Source of the DNA: a virus
IMG/VR virus record: IMGVR_UViG_3300026512_000003
Span: 32,001-96,000 of that record
Length of the DNA: 64,000 bases
Direction: 5' to 3' (one strand)
The position numbers were made by a program, and so were the translations under genes. The notes under the pieces were generated by a model. That model searched no databases, was not told the origin of the DNA, and saw only the letters and a list, made by a program, of their open reading frames with translations. Positions 41,145 through 51,700 of this stretch are shown here, in pieces. Numbering within the stretch: the stretch's first letter is position 1; each line of letters starts with the position of its first letter.

Positions 41145-42202
41145 TAGTTGCGCGCTCTATTGTATCCGTATGCAGCTCCAGCTCCAGCTCCAGCCAAAGC
41201 AGTTCCTGCTAATCCAGCAGCAGCTAAGTATTTGTTCTTTTTGCTAAGATTTCTTAGAGACCCTCTAAGAGATCCTCCTAATTCTTTTGCAGCTTCCGTC
41301 TTACCTTTACTGAGCCCTTCTGTATTACCTATACTACGCCAATGTTTGATAGTATCTTTTCTAGCAGCAGCGGCTGGACTAGTTTTTGCCCTCTTCGCTG
41401 CTTTTTGTTGAAGCTTGTATGCTTCCCTTTGTTCTGGTGTCATTCTGCGTTGAAAGTTTGTCTCACCATTCAGCTTTCGAGCTTTTTGAACTCTAGGAGT
41501 AACTGGTTTCTTTTTCCCAGGAACACTATACTCAGTATTTTTATAAAGCTCACGATTTGCGGCTATTCTTGCTTCTGTATTAGACATATCATTCAAGACA
41601 CCAGCTTCTTTGTCATACGCAATCATCGCATCTTCAGGGTGAACAACTTCTAAATCCATAAGGAAATCTTGAACTTGAGCAAGTTTGTCCTCCATATCAG
41701 CATCAAGATCACTATACTCACTCGCAATTTTTTCACCTTCTTCAGGAGACCCAATATTGTTTAGATCAGTAATTAAAGTAATTGCTGAAACAGGATCAAT
41801 GCCGTTTTCTTCTAAAAACGCATGAGCTTCTGCAACTTTATCTAAGTCTCTGTCAAGGGCAATCTCTTCCATTTGTCCATTTAGAGCTTCAGCCACTTTT
41901 TCATAGTCTTCAACTTCTAAGCCATAAGAAGCTAATTCAGCCATCGCATCTTCATCAGAATAGTTATCACTCGCCATCTTTTCAAAAACATTCACTGCAC
42001 CTAGCAGTGCACTTGGCTCAATTTCTTCTGCAATCTTAATAAGGTTCTCACCTGTGAAAAGATTTCCTTGTGTAAGGTTGTGATGAACGATTAAATCATT
42101 CACAGTCACTCCGCTGTCTTCAGCTACTTTTACCAGTCCGTCAAAATCAGCTGCGGCATCTGAAGCCATAGCAAAACTTTCAACTCTATCATAAAATGTC
42201 AT
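41144..42202 (-). CDS. putative internal head protein: acidic K-x-A leader plus basic C-terminal cargo
   Basis: Residues 1-200 very acidic with eight K-x-A copies; residues 201-352 K/R-rich, ending YLAAAGLAGTALAGAGAGAAYGY; own promoter. Confidence 0.6.
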   Translation of the reverse strand: MTFYDRVESFAMASDAAADFDGLVKVAEDSGVTVNDLIVHHNLTQGNLFTGENLIKIAEEIEPSALLGAVNVFEKMASDNYSDEDAMAELASYGLEVEDYEKVAEALNGQMEEIALDRDLDKVAEAHAFLEENGIDPVSAITLITDLNNIGSPEEGEKIASEYSDLDADMEDKLAQVQDFLMDLEVVHPEDAMIAYDKEAGVLNDMSNTEARIAANRELYKNTEYSVPGKKKPVTPRVQKARKLNGETNFQRRMTPEQREAYKLQQKAAKRAKTSPAAAARKDTIKHWRSIGNTEGLSKGKTEAAKELGGSLRGSLRNLSKKNKYLAAAGLAGTALAGAGAGAAYGYNRARN

Positions 42203-42257
42203 TATGCATTCCTTGTGTGTTAAGATTTTTGCGTATTCTCTGTGAAATACTTAAGGT

Positions 42258-42286
42258 ATTGTAACTAAAAGATATGAAAAAAGCAA
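42258..42286 (-). promoter_or_regulatory. sigma70-type promoter TTGCTT-N17-TACAAT
   Basis: Intergenic; same -35 and spacing as the capsid-operon promoter. Confidence 0.65.
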
Positions 42287-42307
42287 TAAATTTATAAGAG
42301 GGTTGTG

Positions 42308-42336
42308 TAATTCCTTGGGAGACTCCCAAGAAATTA
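42308..42336 (-). terminator. 13-bp hairpin after the 277-aa gene (terminator or 3' stabiliser)
   Basis: TAATTTCTTGGGA-GTC-TCCCAAGGAATTA, 6 nt after the stop; lacks a clear U-tract. Confidence 0.5.
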
Positions 42337-42342
42337 AGAGGA

Positions 42343-43176
42343 CTACGCTTCTCTTAAGTAAGAAACACGACAAGTTTTGCCGTCATAATCACCAGAAGTT
42401 GCAGGGACAAGCTTCCATTCAGTAGCAGAATCTCCAGCAGTAACATCAACAACATCAAATGTTCCATCATCTACTTCAACTTCAGCAGTTAACCCTACAA
42501 TAGAACCTAGCACATCATGAGCAACAGTAAAGTCGTCACCAGTAATAGCAAGACCAGTCTCTACTTCCATTACAGTAACAGAACCTTTATTGTCAATAAG
42601 GCTTTTTAATGTCTTTCCTTGCTCAGCAGACAATGGAGCTTCTGTTCCACCAGTTGTAAGATCATCAACAATTGAAGATTTTAAAACTAGAGTATCTGTA
42701 TCAATGTCTTGTCCAAGAATTTGAAGTAATTTCCAACCGTCACCTTCTTTGTACATATATGCAGCTGATTGACCTTCAAAGTCACCTAAATCAGTGTCTC
42801 CTGTAGTATCAAGAACATATGCAATCATTGTTTCAAAAGGATCAGAAATTTCATTTCTTGCATCAATTGTATCAACCATGATTGAATCATCTACAGATGC
42901 AACATAAGATTTAATTTTATCAACAGACCAAGTAGTGTCAGAACCATCAGTAGCAGTATCATCAATCATACCATCAGTAGTCTGCTCTACAGCATCAAGT
43001 CTCGATGTAATATCATCAGAAAATGTTTTAAAAGCAGCAGTAGCCACAACAGTAGTTGCATTGTTAGCATCTAAGACATCACTCAAAGTTGCTTTGATTG
43101 CAGCTTTTTCTAATTTTAATCCGAGCGCAGACTCTAAGCCACTTACGGCCCCTATTCTTCTTCTATGTAAACTCAT
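42343..43176 (-). CDS. acidic virion fibre/whisker-type protein with phage-tail-repeat motif
   Basis: IVDDLTTGGTEAPLSAEQGKTLKSLID (phage tail repeat-like) and DTTWSVDKIKSY; strong GGAGG RBS, own promoter and downstream hairpin. Confidence 0.65.
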   Translation of the reverse strand: MSLHRRRIGAVSGLESALGLKLEKAAIKATLSDVLDANNATTVVATAAFKTFSDDITSRLDAVEQTTDGMIDDTATDGSDTTWSVDKIKSYVASVDDSIMVDTIDARNEISDPFETMIAYVLDTTGDTDLGDFEGQSAAYMYKEGDGWKLLQILGQDIDTDTLVLKSSIVDDLTTGGTEAPLSAEQGKTLKSLIDNKGSVTVMEVETGLAITGDDFTVAHDVLGSIVGLTAEVEVDDGTFDVVDVTAGDSATEWKLVPATSGDYDGKTCRVSYLREA

Positions 43177-43206
43177 GGTTTACCTCCTGTGTTTTTTTGA
43201 AATGTC

Positions 43207-43215
43207 ATTATATCA
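43207..43215 (-). promoter_or_regulatory. extended -10 promoter TGATATAAT
   Basis: Intergenic, about 30 nt upstream of the 43176 ATG; identical 9-mer at 58621-58629. Confidence 0.6.
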
Positions 43216-43224
43216 CACTTTCTT

Positions 43225-43536
43225 TTAATCTTCTACATTTTCATATACAAACTTTAATTTCAAATAAAGGTTTCTTTTTTTTGTTCCATCTATAGTTGAT
43301 ACATGAACAAAAAGCGTATTTTGCGTTGTTACTATACTTTCGGTATCAAATAAAAAAGTTAGTTGACCGTCGTTCGAATCTGTTGGTTCAACTTGAAGAA
43401 CAAGATCAGTAAGTCCTTCTGAAAAACTCTTTGTTTTATACATAGCTAACATTGAGTTTGTCAGTGTATGCTCTGTATTTTCAAAGGACACGGTAAGCTC
43501 AACAGTGTTTCCGATAGTTATATATTTTGTGATCAT
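43225..43536 (-). CDS. small Ig-like/BppU-like structural protein
   Basis: YITIGNTVELTVSF...DGQLTFLFDTE beta-sandwich pattern; AGGAG RBS. Confidence 0.45.
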   Translation of the reverse strand: MITKYITIGNTVELTVSFENTEHTLTNSMLAMYKTKSFSEGLTDLVLQVEPTDSNDGQLTFLFDTESIVTTQNTLFVHVSTIDGTKKRNLYLKLKFVYENVED

Positions 43537-43548
43537 TATAAACTCTCC

Positions 43549-44874
43549 TTAGTATGGACTATATTGAATACTTGTTGAAAGTATACCATTTTGTGCTATG
43601 ACCGATTGCCCTGTAATAAAATATTTTCCTGAAGGTGGTAGAACAAAGGTAGATTCTTCTGAAAAGCCTCCACTAGAGAAGACACCGGTAGGAATTTCAA
43701 TGGAACTAGTAAAGCTTATCTTTTCAAAGCACTCACCCACTACACCGTCAACAGTAACGCTCATAGGACGAGCTAAAGCAAGAGCTTTCAAGGCAGTTGC
43801 TTTCTGAAGATATTCAAGGAGTTTTACTGTGATTTCCGTAACTACCCCAGAATAATTTTCCACTATTTCTTCAGTTCCTGCTTCCCATGGCTTATTTTTT
43901 TTGGTTATAGCTCCTTTTACAGGCTTGCAAACTATAGGTTTGTTAAGAAAAGTAAGCTCTTGATTAGACAACTTGAATACATCTATCCGGAGCAAAGAAG
44001 GTACAGAATCGACCTGTAAATTTGCTACTTCTCCTACTGCTATAGATCTTCCAAAATCATACTCAAAAGCTTGTGTAAAATAGTGAGCACTTCCTTTCAT
44101 AGAGGAATTTTCCATTATCGCTTGTGTCATATTTGAAGATGCCTGACTATTTGCTAAATCAGAATCTATTATTGTACCTTCTCCAGATAAGTGTAATGTT
44201 TGTGTTTTAGGAAGAGCTCTAAAATCAGTTGACATTGATCCTTCTATTATGTCTTCCATACTGATTTCGCTTTCATTTTCTTTAGGTGAGAACAATCTTA
44301 ACACAAACTTGTCATTTGAAGTTTGGTCTATATATAAATTAAGCCCCCTATACACAGTAGATAAGAAACTTGCTATTGTAAATTTTGTTGTTCGACCAAC
44401 CTGATTTATCATTTCTACTGAAGGCTTAAAAAATTCATCAATATTTTTAAAGAGTTCTATCACTTCTGGATCAGCTACGAAAGTGTAACTAGATTCTCCA
44501 GATATAACGATATCTGCTAAGGTAGATAGTGCAGTATTTATGTCAAGAATGCTATTCCCTAATTGCATAGCTTCTTCAGGCGACATAATTTTATATGGAG
44601 TGTTTACATCTTCTGTTGCAGAAACAATAATCACTTTTTGCAGATCTTGGATAATTGCCGGAATAAAGGTTGCTGCAGAAGTTGTTCCTCCTGTAGAAAA
44701 ATTTGTTCCTGAAGAGGCTAATAAATATCCTTCAGGAGGGACAACCGTTGTTCCAAGAAAACAAGTTACAGAAAGTGTAAAAAAATTTATAATTCCATTA
44801 AAAGTACTTCTTGCTTCTACGGAGATTACTTCTTCTCCTATAACAGACTCAACTAAATCACTCCCTACTCCCAT
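43549..44874 (-). CDS. putative baseplate hub (gpD/gp27-like) protein
   Basis: C-terminal SGKYFITGQSVIAQNGILSTSIQ resembles hub C-termini; context supports it. Confidence 0.4.
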   Translation of the reverse strand: MGVGSDLVESVIGEEVISVEARSTFNGIINFFTLSVTCFLGTTVVPPEGYLLASSGTNFSTGGTTSAATFIPAIIQDLQKVIIVSATEDVNTPYKIMSPEEAMQLGNSILDINTALSTLADIVISGESSYTFVADPEVIELFKNIDEFFKPSVEMINQVGRTTKFTIASFLSTVYRGLNLYIDQTSNDKFVLRLFSPKENESEISMEDIIEGSMSTDFRALPKTQTLHLSGEGTIIDSDLANSQASSNMTQAIMENSSMKGSAHYFTQAFEYDFGRSIAVGEVANLQVDSVPSLLRIDVFKLSNQELTFLNKPIVCKPVKGAITKKNKPWEAGTEEIVENYSGVVTEITVKLLEYLQKATALKALALARPMSVTVDGVVGECFEKISFTSSIEIPTGVFSSGGFSEESTFVLPPSGKYFITGQSVIAQNGILSTSIQYSPY

Positions 44875-46211
44875 TCCACAATCTCCACTATGCTTGTTTG
44901 CATTTTTACTACATCTAATAAATTTTCTACTGTACCAATTGCAGATTCTGTGTTAATAATCATAGGTCTGTTCGAAAATACTTTTTGTGTTTCCGATATA
45001 TATAAAGAGTGATTTTGAGTTACTTTCGTAAAAAGGTCTTCTTTGTGAAAAAGTTGATTATTTTTCAAGTAAAGCAAAACCGAACCGATATTTACAACAT
45101 CTGAAAATGTGAGTGCAAAATCATGAGCTTCAGCATTTTCTATTTTCAGTTGGTTATCTTCAGTGTATACACCTAAAACTCTTTTTAAAGCAACAGGAAG
45201 ATTGCTAATAGTCACATCTACTTCATCATGCAAACCTTTTGAAATTTCCGATACTTCTAATAGATTTGTAGGAACCCCTAGAAGATTTAACATATCGCTA
45301 GAAAAAAGCTGGGTATTTGTTATAGCTGAGCTTGTTTGTGCTATTGTTATGTTTGAAGATAAAAAAGACTGAGCTGTAGATGCTATTTGTTCTAGTAAAT
45401 CCTCAGTACATACAGTATCATCTGAATCTGTTGTCCCTATTCGAATAGGCATCCAATTGCTACCATCCTTAAACAGGCAAACGCTTCCTATATTAGTAGG
45501 AGTAACTAAACTTGTAGAGATAGAACATGAGGTTGCATTAACATTAGAGGCCACCACAAGAGGAATATCGTTAGTAATAGATATGTTGTCATTTGCAACT
45601 GAAACAACATTGCTGATTAACACCTCAGATGAAGCAGATAATGTTTTTTTATCGAGATTAATAGCGCTCATCTTTTTTGCCATTTCCAATGAAACTCCAG
45701 AATTCATATCGGAGCTATCAGAATGAGATATAACCTTCCGTGTAATAAACGGAGCTTTTTTTGTTAAAAAATTGTCTTCATAATATTTAATATCAACAAT
45801 ATCATCATCTTCAAAAGATAAATCTTGAGAGTACATAAGTTCTATTTGAGGACTTGTCTCGTCTTTTTTAATAAAATCTTCTGCTAAATATTCAATTTGT
45901 GAGGTAGTGATTTTTTTTGGGAAAAGTGAGAAATCTGATACTGTAGCATGCTCATTAATTATCAGTTCACCAATTGCGTTCTCAATGTATATTCCAGCTG
46001 GAGCTTCAACTATTCTTGATGTAGGTACAGTATTAAGGATACCGATCTGAATTGATTCTATATCTGTAGAATGCCGAACAAGATTACATGTTGCATTCTG
46101 TCTAGCAAAGATAGTATTATCAATCAGCTCTTGAAGTGACACAGAAACACCTATTGATGAAACCCTTATAAAGTCAACTATAGATTTGTATTTTGTAAAA
46201 TCAAATTTCAT
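44865..46211 (-). CDS. hypothetical protein (448 aa), probably baseplate/tail
   Basis: AAGGAG RBS; overlaps the hub-like gene. Confidence 0.6.
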   Translation of the reverse strand: MKFDFTKYKSIVDFIRVSSIGVSVSLQELIDNTIFARQNATCNLVRHSTDIESIQIGILNTVPTSRIVEAPAGIYIENAIGELIINEHATVSDFSLFPKKITTSQIEYLAEDFIKKDETSPQIELMYSQDLSFEDDDIVDIKYYEDNFLTKKAPFITRKVISHSDSSDMNSGVSLEMAKKMSAINLDKKTLSASSEVLISNVVSVANDNISITNDIPLVVASNVNATSCSISTSLVTPTNIGSVCLFKDGSNWMPIRIGTTDSDDTVCTEDLLEQIASTAQSFLSSNITIAQTSSAITNTQLFSSDMLNLLGVPTNLLEVSEISKGLHDEVDVTISNLPVALKRVLGVYTEDNQLKIENAEAHDFALTFSDVVNIGSVLLYLKNNQLFHKEDLFTKVTQNHSLYISETQKVFSNRPMIINTESAIGTVENLLDVVKMQTSIVEIVEWE

Positions 46212-46221
46212 TGAGTACTCC

Positions 46222-46896
46222 TTAAACTTCGGCTAAAACATGCTTATTCAGATCAAAAGTTTGTTGCTCTAAATCAGATGTTTTTTTATATAGATTTCTA
46301 TCTAATGCAGGAAAAGGAAGAGCGCTTTTAAAAATATTAGCTGCTTCTTGGTCCTGTATTCGCATATTATATATTGTGGATGTTTTTGTTCCAGGTCTCA
46401 TAGTGTACCATTTTCCAACTTTAAAGTCACAAGTAAAAACAAAACCCTCGCTGTTATTAATCACTATTTTATCTTTAGATGAAAGAACATAAATAAAGAG
46501 TCTTGTTTTTTTTGGGAAAACCTCAGCTATCCCTTTTGCTTTTGCTTGCTCTTTAGCATAACCTCCTCTTTCAAGTTTTGCTCCGACCGAAGGAAGCTCA
46601 TACACATCTGTTAAATCTTCTTTTGCTAAAATCTTACCTCTTTTTACAGATATTTCATATGTAGAAATAAAAACACCTATGTTGATGTTATCTGCTTTTT
46701 TTGGTGAGGTTAGAAAAAACATTCTTGCATTTTTGTCATACCTCAATCCTGCAATATGTTTAGATTTGTCTTTGTATTCCACATTTCTAACATCCATAAA
46801 ACCAATTATACTTTTTCCTCTAAGTGCTGTTGCTATTCCAGAAGCTTTATCTTTGTAGTACTTAGACAAGCTTGCATTTATTACTATATTCGCCAT
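46222..46896 (-). CDS. basic hypothetical protein (224 aa)
   Basis: GGAG RBS, TAATG coupling. Confidence 0.6.
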   Translation of the reverse strand: MANIVINASLSKYYKDKASGIATALRGKSIIGFMDVRNVEYKDKSKHIAGLRYDKNARMFFLTSPKKADNINIGVFISTYEISVKRGKILAKEDLTDVYELPSVGAKLERGGYAKEQAKAKGIAEVFPKKTRLFIYVLSSKDKIVINNSEGFVFTCDFKVGKWYTMRPGTKTSTIYNMRIQDQEAANIFKSALPFPALDRNLYKKTSDLEQQTFDLNKHVLAEV

Positions 46897-47207
46897 TAAT
46901 ATTCTCCATGTGTATATTTTATTTCAAAAGGGAAAATATTCCCTTTAAAGATATGCTGACATTCGAATAAAATAGAACCATACGATTGAACTGAATTCAC
47001 GACTTTTAGATTTCTTATTCTTAAAATATTGCGTAAAACAACCCCAATATTAGAAACATCAGACAGCCCATACATAAACATGTTTAGTTTCTTTAACTCA
47101 AGAGGTGGTGTTTTTGGCAAAATGCCTTTTTTATTATCGAAACGATCTAAACTTCTTGTATCAGAAAGAACATTTGTCTCATAAAGAGACACTATTTGAG
47201 TATTCAT
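46896..47207 (-). CDS. hypothetical protein (103 aa)
   Basis: AAGGA RBS, coupled. Confidence 0.55.
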   Translation of the reverse strand: MNTQIVSLYETNVLSDTRSLDRFDNKKGILPKTPPLELKKLNMFMYGLSDVSNIGVVLRNILRIRNLKVVNSVQSYGSILFECQHIFKGNIFPFEIKYTHGEY

Positions 47208-47216
47208 TATTGTTCC

Positions 47217-47423
47217 TTAATATTGGTATGTCACTAGCTTTGTCAGCACGCCATACTGATCCCAGTTTTCAATTTCGGACAGTAGCATTTTTTCGGTGTC
47301 TGTGGCAATCAAAGTAAGCAACTCCTCATACATAGCAATGTCATCAGTATCATTTAAGATAAACTGTTGAACTCTTATTCTAGGAGGCTTAGAAGTAAAT
47401 AAGTACTTCTTTACCCAACGCAT
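47217..47423 (-). CDS. small hypothetical protein (68 aa)
   Basis: TAATG coupling with the upstream gene. Confidence 0.55.
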   Translation of the reverse strand: MRWVKKYLFTSKPPRIRVQQFILNDTDDIAMYEELLTLIATDTEKMLLSEIENWDQYGVLTKLVTYQY

Positions 47424-47623
47424 TATTGTCTTCCAATCTTTTGATCAAGGAAACTAAATAAACGGCTCATATTGGCATATGCTTCTTTGCTGCATCTATA
47501 TAATTTTCTTTTTATTATTTGCAAATCACTTAAAGTGATATTATCGGCTAACCATGCTACTCTTTTTTCCTCAAGCAAATTTCTCATTTTTGTGCAACTC
47601 ATTGATTGTATATCTATTGCCAT
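47423..47623 (-). CDS. small hypothetical protein (66 aa)
   Basis: AAGGAG RBS. Confidence 0.55.
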   Translation of the reverse strand: MAIDIQSMSCTKMRNLLEEKRVAWLADNITLSDLQIIKRKLYRCSKEAYANMSRLFSFLDQKIGRQ

Positions 47624-47639
47624 GATTACATTCTCCTTT

Positions 47640-47861
47640 TTATTCGACTATAATATCTGCAATTGTCTCATAAAGTCGCTTCGAATGACCTTTTGCTAGC
47701 AAAGAATCACAATGTCCAAGAATATCTCTGTTTGTTATCCCATCTTTTTCAGAAAAAGGTTTTCTTTCACTTGATTTAGTATCCACAAAAAAATTATATA
47801 CTTTTGACAAAGAAGATAATTCCTTTTGAGATAGATTCTGTTGCTGTTTCGCTATTTTCAT
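47640..47861 (-). CDS. small hypothetical protein (73 aa)
   Basis: AGGGAG RBS. Confidence 0.55.
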   Translation of the reverse strand: MKIAKQQQNLSQKELSSLSKVYNFFVDTKSSERKPFSEKDGITNRDILGHCDSLLAKGHSKRLYETIADIIVE

Positions 47862-47881
47862 AATTTCAACTCCCTACTTAG

Positions 47882-50800
47882 TTATGCTGTATGATATGTC
47901 ATATAATCTTGACTAGTATGTGTTTTTCCAAAAATATCTATAAACTTTACTTTAAATTGAACTTCACCTGAGCCATCTCCAGAATAGGTAGCTTTAAAAG
48001 TATTTCCTGGATTACTGGTTTCAACTAAAGTAAGCTTAGTAATATCAAAGTCAGAGATAGTACTTGAAACATCCTCGAAACCTACTGCATTCATGTCTTT
48101 TAGTAAAAGTCCATCAGGCGTGAAACCAAGAAAAGCTTTATAAGGAAAATCTTGTCCAAAATCAACAGACGAAGAACATTCAATTAAAATAATCACATCT
48201 TCATCTGAACGAACATGCACATCTAACTCCATTTTTTTTGAAGAGCCATTAAGAGATGCTGAGAAATATGACAGAATTTCTTGTTTTTTAAATATATCGT
48301 TTTCTTGTACAAAACACGCTTCTTTAAAAAGTGTGCCAGACATAGTTGGAAAAACATTACTAAAAGCATCTTCTATATCCGTAGAATAAGAAAATGCTTT
48401 TGAGCCAGAAATTAAGCATATCCAAACAAGAAACCAATCATAAGGTAGTAAATCTGTTTTCTCCTCATCATCAGTAAATAAAAGCCCTGTAATTGAATCA
48501 AAATTTGTCTTCCAATCAGAGTAAGCAATACTATCCCCTTTACTTTTTAAATAAAAGAATATTTTTAAAAAAATTGTATGTAGAGCATTTTTATGATTAG
48601 TGTTATTTTGTGTCATAATAGTATTTAGTAGAAGAAGTGTTCCGAGTTCCTCTTTTGTTAAGACAGTTGTGTATGAATGATAAAGCGTTTGTAGCATAGA
48701 CTTAGCGCTATTTATAGAGACTATGTCTCCCCCATCAGTAATCTCAACAGCATCCATTAAAATACTCCATAGGGAATCTTTATGTTTTTTTGAATATCCT
48801 GAAAGAGAATGGTTTATAGCCAGACTTAAACTATCAGCAAAATATCCTTTTCTTACTATCTCACCATAACAGTAATCCTCAGCAGAAGAATCACTTATTT
48901 TTGCTTGAAGTTGATATTTCGTTATTTTATGTTGGCATAAAGACAATGGAACTTTTTCTTCAAGATATCTATCTTGTATATAAAGACTTTTATTGCTTTC
49001 TATGTTGGATATCTCAAAATCTCCTTGAAAAAGAAGAGCTGTATAACTATCTATTAACATGCTAGCATCAAACGGATATACTTTTTCTGTTAAAGGCAAT
49101 GCCATTTTTCTAAAGTTTCTAAAATACAAATCTTTCACTGTTACATGAGAATCTATAGGAACACCATCTATGCCATAATTGTTATCTGGACTATCTTCAG
49201 GGTCATCTGTTCCAAAAAGTTCTATTGCTAGGTCTTCTTGCACAAAAAATTCAGTGAGATAATAGTATGGTGCCACAAAAGCACTTGCTAATGCAATAAA
49301 GCGTTCTTCTCGTAGATCATCGTCAAGAGAAGCCGCTAATCTAAAAAGAAATGTGTATTGTTTTTTGCTATATTTCTTTTGAGGTACCCTTGCATCCATA
49401 ACAAAGTTTTCAATAGTTTCCTCCGATACTCCATAGCTGTCTTCAATCCAGCATTTTTCATAGTTAGAAAAAAAAGCTTTCTTGTCGGCATGTTTTTTGA
49501 CACTTATATCTTCAGTACACAGAGCGTTTAGACTACCAAAAATTTTATTCCCCTTGTATAGTCTTTCAGATAAAATTTCAGAAAAAGTGTTGTTTTCAGT
49601 TCCAAGAATTTTTTTCTCGTATACCACAGGAGCAATCGTTGTGAGAACCTCTCGGAGGGAATCTTTTGTAGCTAAACAATTAGAGCCTGCTTCTGCAAAA
49701 AACCATCTATCGGCTAGACCAGCTTGAGTAGAATTAAAAGGAGTTTCTATAACTGCACTTCCTCTAGGTACAGGATTAATACCCTCTGAAGAATGAATTA
49801 GATTTTCTGAACTAGCATTGATTATTTTAGATGCTTTTCTAATAAATCTACCTACAGAACAAACACTGTTTTCACTTGATGAAATTGGATGAGAAAGTAT
49901 TGGTCTGAAAACATTTGAGGGGTTTGCTAAAATACCATCAAATGTAAGTTGTTGAGCCTCATATTTATTTAAAGGCATTTTCTTATGATAGATTTGCCCA
50001 TGTTGTTTTTTTAAAAATGAAAGCTCAAACGAATCTAATTTAGGAAGTTCTTTAAGATCATTTCTCAAAATAGTGTTTCTTTCTACAGGGATAGTGTAAT
50101 TATTTTCGCCAGAGTTTGACAAGGTTATCTGTTCCCCAGCCGTCGTTGCAGTCAATACTATTTTTGCACCTTCTGTATTAGAATTCATAGAGAGATTTGC
50201 ATCATTTATTTTGGTCTCAAAAAGAGAAGCTAGTTCGCTTTCTGAACTCACTGCTTCCTGAGAGGCATCAATCGCCGTTTCGGTATCTGCTAATGTAATA
50301 GAAAAAGTATCTTCTTTGTTGAATTTAACAATTGTACATTCTGAAATTTGAGGGGTTGCTGCATTATAATTAGAAATATCAGTAACTTCGACTTGCCATG
50401 TATCCCCAGAGACAAAAGAAACATCAGCATCTCTAGTAAAGGAAATTTGCATCTTACTCTGAAACTGTTCCAATGTGACTGTGTCATTATAGGGATATTC
50501 GTCATCGTCCTTAAATCCATCCATCTTTATTACTTCAAACGGAGCTTCATCAAAAGTATTAACAAGATCAACGATATCAGCAATCAATGGATATACAACA
50601 TCTGAGCCATCATGCTCAAAAGTAATCGTTATTTTTTTTCCTCCACTGTCTGTATCAGAAGCCTCTATAGTTAAATCGTGTTCATCTGAAGGAGTAATCA
50701 TTTCCACTATATATTCTACATCTTCAGTTTCATCCCGAACTAACCAGTTAAAAACTTTATCACCATCATCATCCTTAAAAAGCATAGAGTAATATCCCAT

Positions 50801-51700
50801 TGTTGCTACAATGTCAATTCCGTCAACTTCAGCCAAAGCATCTTCAAGACCCGCTTCAATATCATCCAATGTATCATCAGTAGCATAAGTGTAAGTATAA
50901 TCTGTTCCATCTATTCTAATGGAATGATTCACTTCTTTTAATCTAATCAAGTTAATAATAGTAACATCGTCTGTTCCAGCTACAGGTTCCTGTGTTGTTA
51001 CAAATTGAGATATTTTAGAGCCACTACCATTTAATTCTGCATCTGTTAAATTTTGATTTATCTCTCCAACAGTTGCATCAGATAGCTCTATCCCTGCAAT
51101 ATCTTTCTCGAAAGAAAGTTTGATGTTTTTCATTCTACCAAATCTAGGGAGTATATTAAACCTGTTAGAAAAGGAGTTTCTTGAAATCATATAGTTTGGG
51201 CTTAGAACATCTTCTGATACAATACTTTTGGTTACAGCAATCTGTTCTCCCGTTTTAAAAATTGCATTACTTTTTTTTGAAAGCTGTTTTTTTGTTAGTG
51301 TGTTGGAAATCCAGGAATATTCAGTACTTATTTTATCGTCAAGTGTTATTTTTTTTGGAACAAAAGTACTTATCATTTTATTTTTAATATTTGCACCTGT
51401 CCATGCATCTTGAGATTGAGAAGTATAAGCAGACGCAACAACAGAAATGTCACTTGTCTCTAGGTGAAATTTATTTCCAGTTCCTATCTCTGTGTCACTT
51501 ATTGATTTTATAATTCCAACAAGTTCTTTTGTGACTATTTTTTTGTTGCTCATCCCTAACCCCTGTTTAAAATAATTATTTTTGTCTTTTTGCAGTTTAC
51601 TCATCATATTATCAAAGCTACAGACAATGCCTTCAACACTTTTTGAAAGACCTTGAAGACTTCTCCCAACAGATAGTGCTTCATGTTCCTGAGAGGTCAT
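47882..51700 (-). CDS. large virion protein (1272 aa) with acidic sheath-insert/Ig-like repeats
   Basis: Acidic central region with HSIRIDGTDYTYTYATDDTLDDIEAGL and DTFSITLAD...LFETKINDA...KIVLTATTAG modules, as seen in tail-associated proteins. Confidence 0.55.
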   Translation of the reverse strand: MTSQEHEALSVGRSLQGLSKSVEGIVCSFDNMMSKLQKDKNNYFKQGLGMSNKKIVTKELVGIIKSISDTEIGTGNKFHLETSDISVVASAYTSQSQDAWTGANIKNKMISTFVPKKITLDDKISTEYSWISNTLTKKQLSKKSNAIFKTGEQIAVTKSIVSEDVLSPNYMISRNSFSNRFNILPRFGRMKNIKLSFEKDIAGIELSDATVGEINQNLTDAELNGSGSKISQFVTTQEPVAGTDDVTIINLIRLKEVNHSIRIDGTDYTYTYATDDTLDDIEAGLEDALAEVDGIDIVATMGYYSMLFKDDDGDKVFNWLVRDETEDVEYIVEMITPSDEHDLTIEASDTDSGGKKITITFEHDGSDVVYPLIADIVDLVNTFDEAPFEVIKMDGFKDDDEYPYNDTVTLEQFQSKMQISFTRDADVSFVSGDTWQVEVTDISNYNAATPQISECTIVKFNKEDTFSITLADTETAIDASQEAVSSESELASLFETKINDANLSMNSNTEGAKIVLTATTAGEQITLSNSGENNYTIPVERNTILRNDLKELPKLDSFELSFLKKQHGQIYHKKMPLNKYEAQQLTFDGILANPSNVFRPILSHPISSSENSVCSVGRFIRKASKIINASSENLIHSSEGINPVPRGSAVIETPFNSTQAGLADRWFFAEAGSNCLATKDSLREVLTTIAPVVYEKKILGTENNTFSEILSERLYKGNKIFGSLNALCTEDISVKKHADKKAFFSNYEKCWIEDSYGVSEETIENFVMDARVPQKKYSKKQYTFLFRLAASLDDDLREERFIALASAFVAPYYYLTEFFVQEDLAIELFGTDDPEDSPDNNYGIDGVPIDSHVTVKDLYFRNFRKMALPLTEKVYPFDASMLIDSYTALLFQGDFEISNIESNKSLYIQDRYLEEKVPLSLCQHKITKYQLQAKISDSSAEDYCYGEIVRKGYFADSLSLAINHSLSGYSKKHKDSLWSILMDAVEITDGGDIVSINSAKSMLQTLYHSYTTVLTKEELGTLLLLNTIMTQNNTNHKNALHTIFLKIFFYLKSKGDSIAYSDWKTNFDSITGLLFTDDEEKTDLLPYDWFLVWICLISGSKAFSYSTDIEDAFSNVFPTMSGTLFKEACFVQENDIFKKQEILSYFSASLNGSSKKMELDVHVRSDEDVIILIECSSSVDFGQDFPYKAFLGFTPDGLLLKDMNAVGFEDVSSTISDFDITKLTLVETSNPGNTFKATYSGDGSGEVQFKVKFIDIFGKTHTSQDYMTYHTA

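Noticed and set aside
43233-43242. GAAAATGTAG 10-mer upstream of both TGATATAAT promoters (also near 58636-58645)
   Set aside because: Its distance from the -10 box differs between the two sites, one copy is coding sequence, and the DNA is AT-rich; probably chance.
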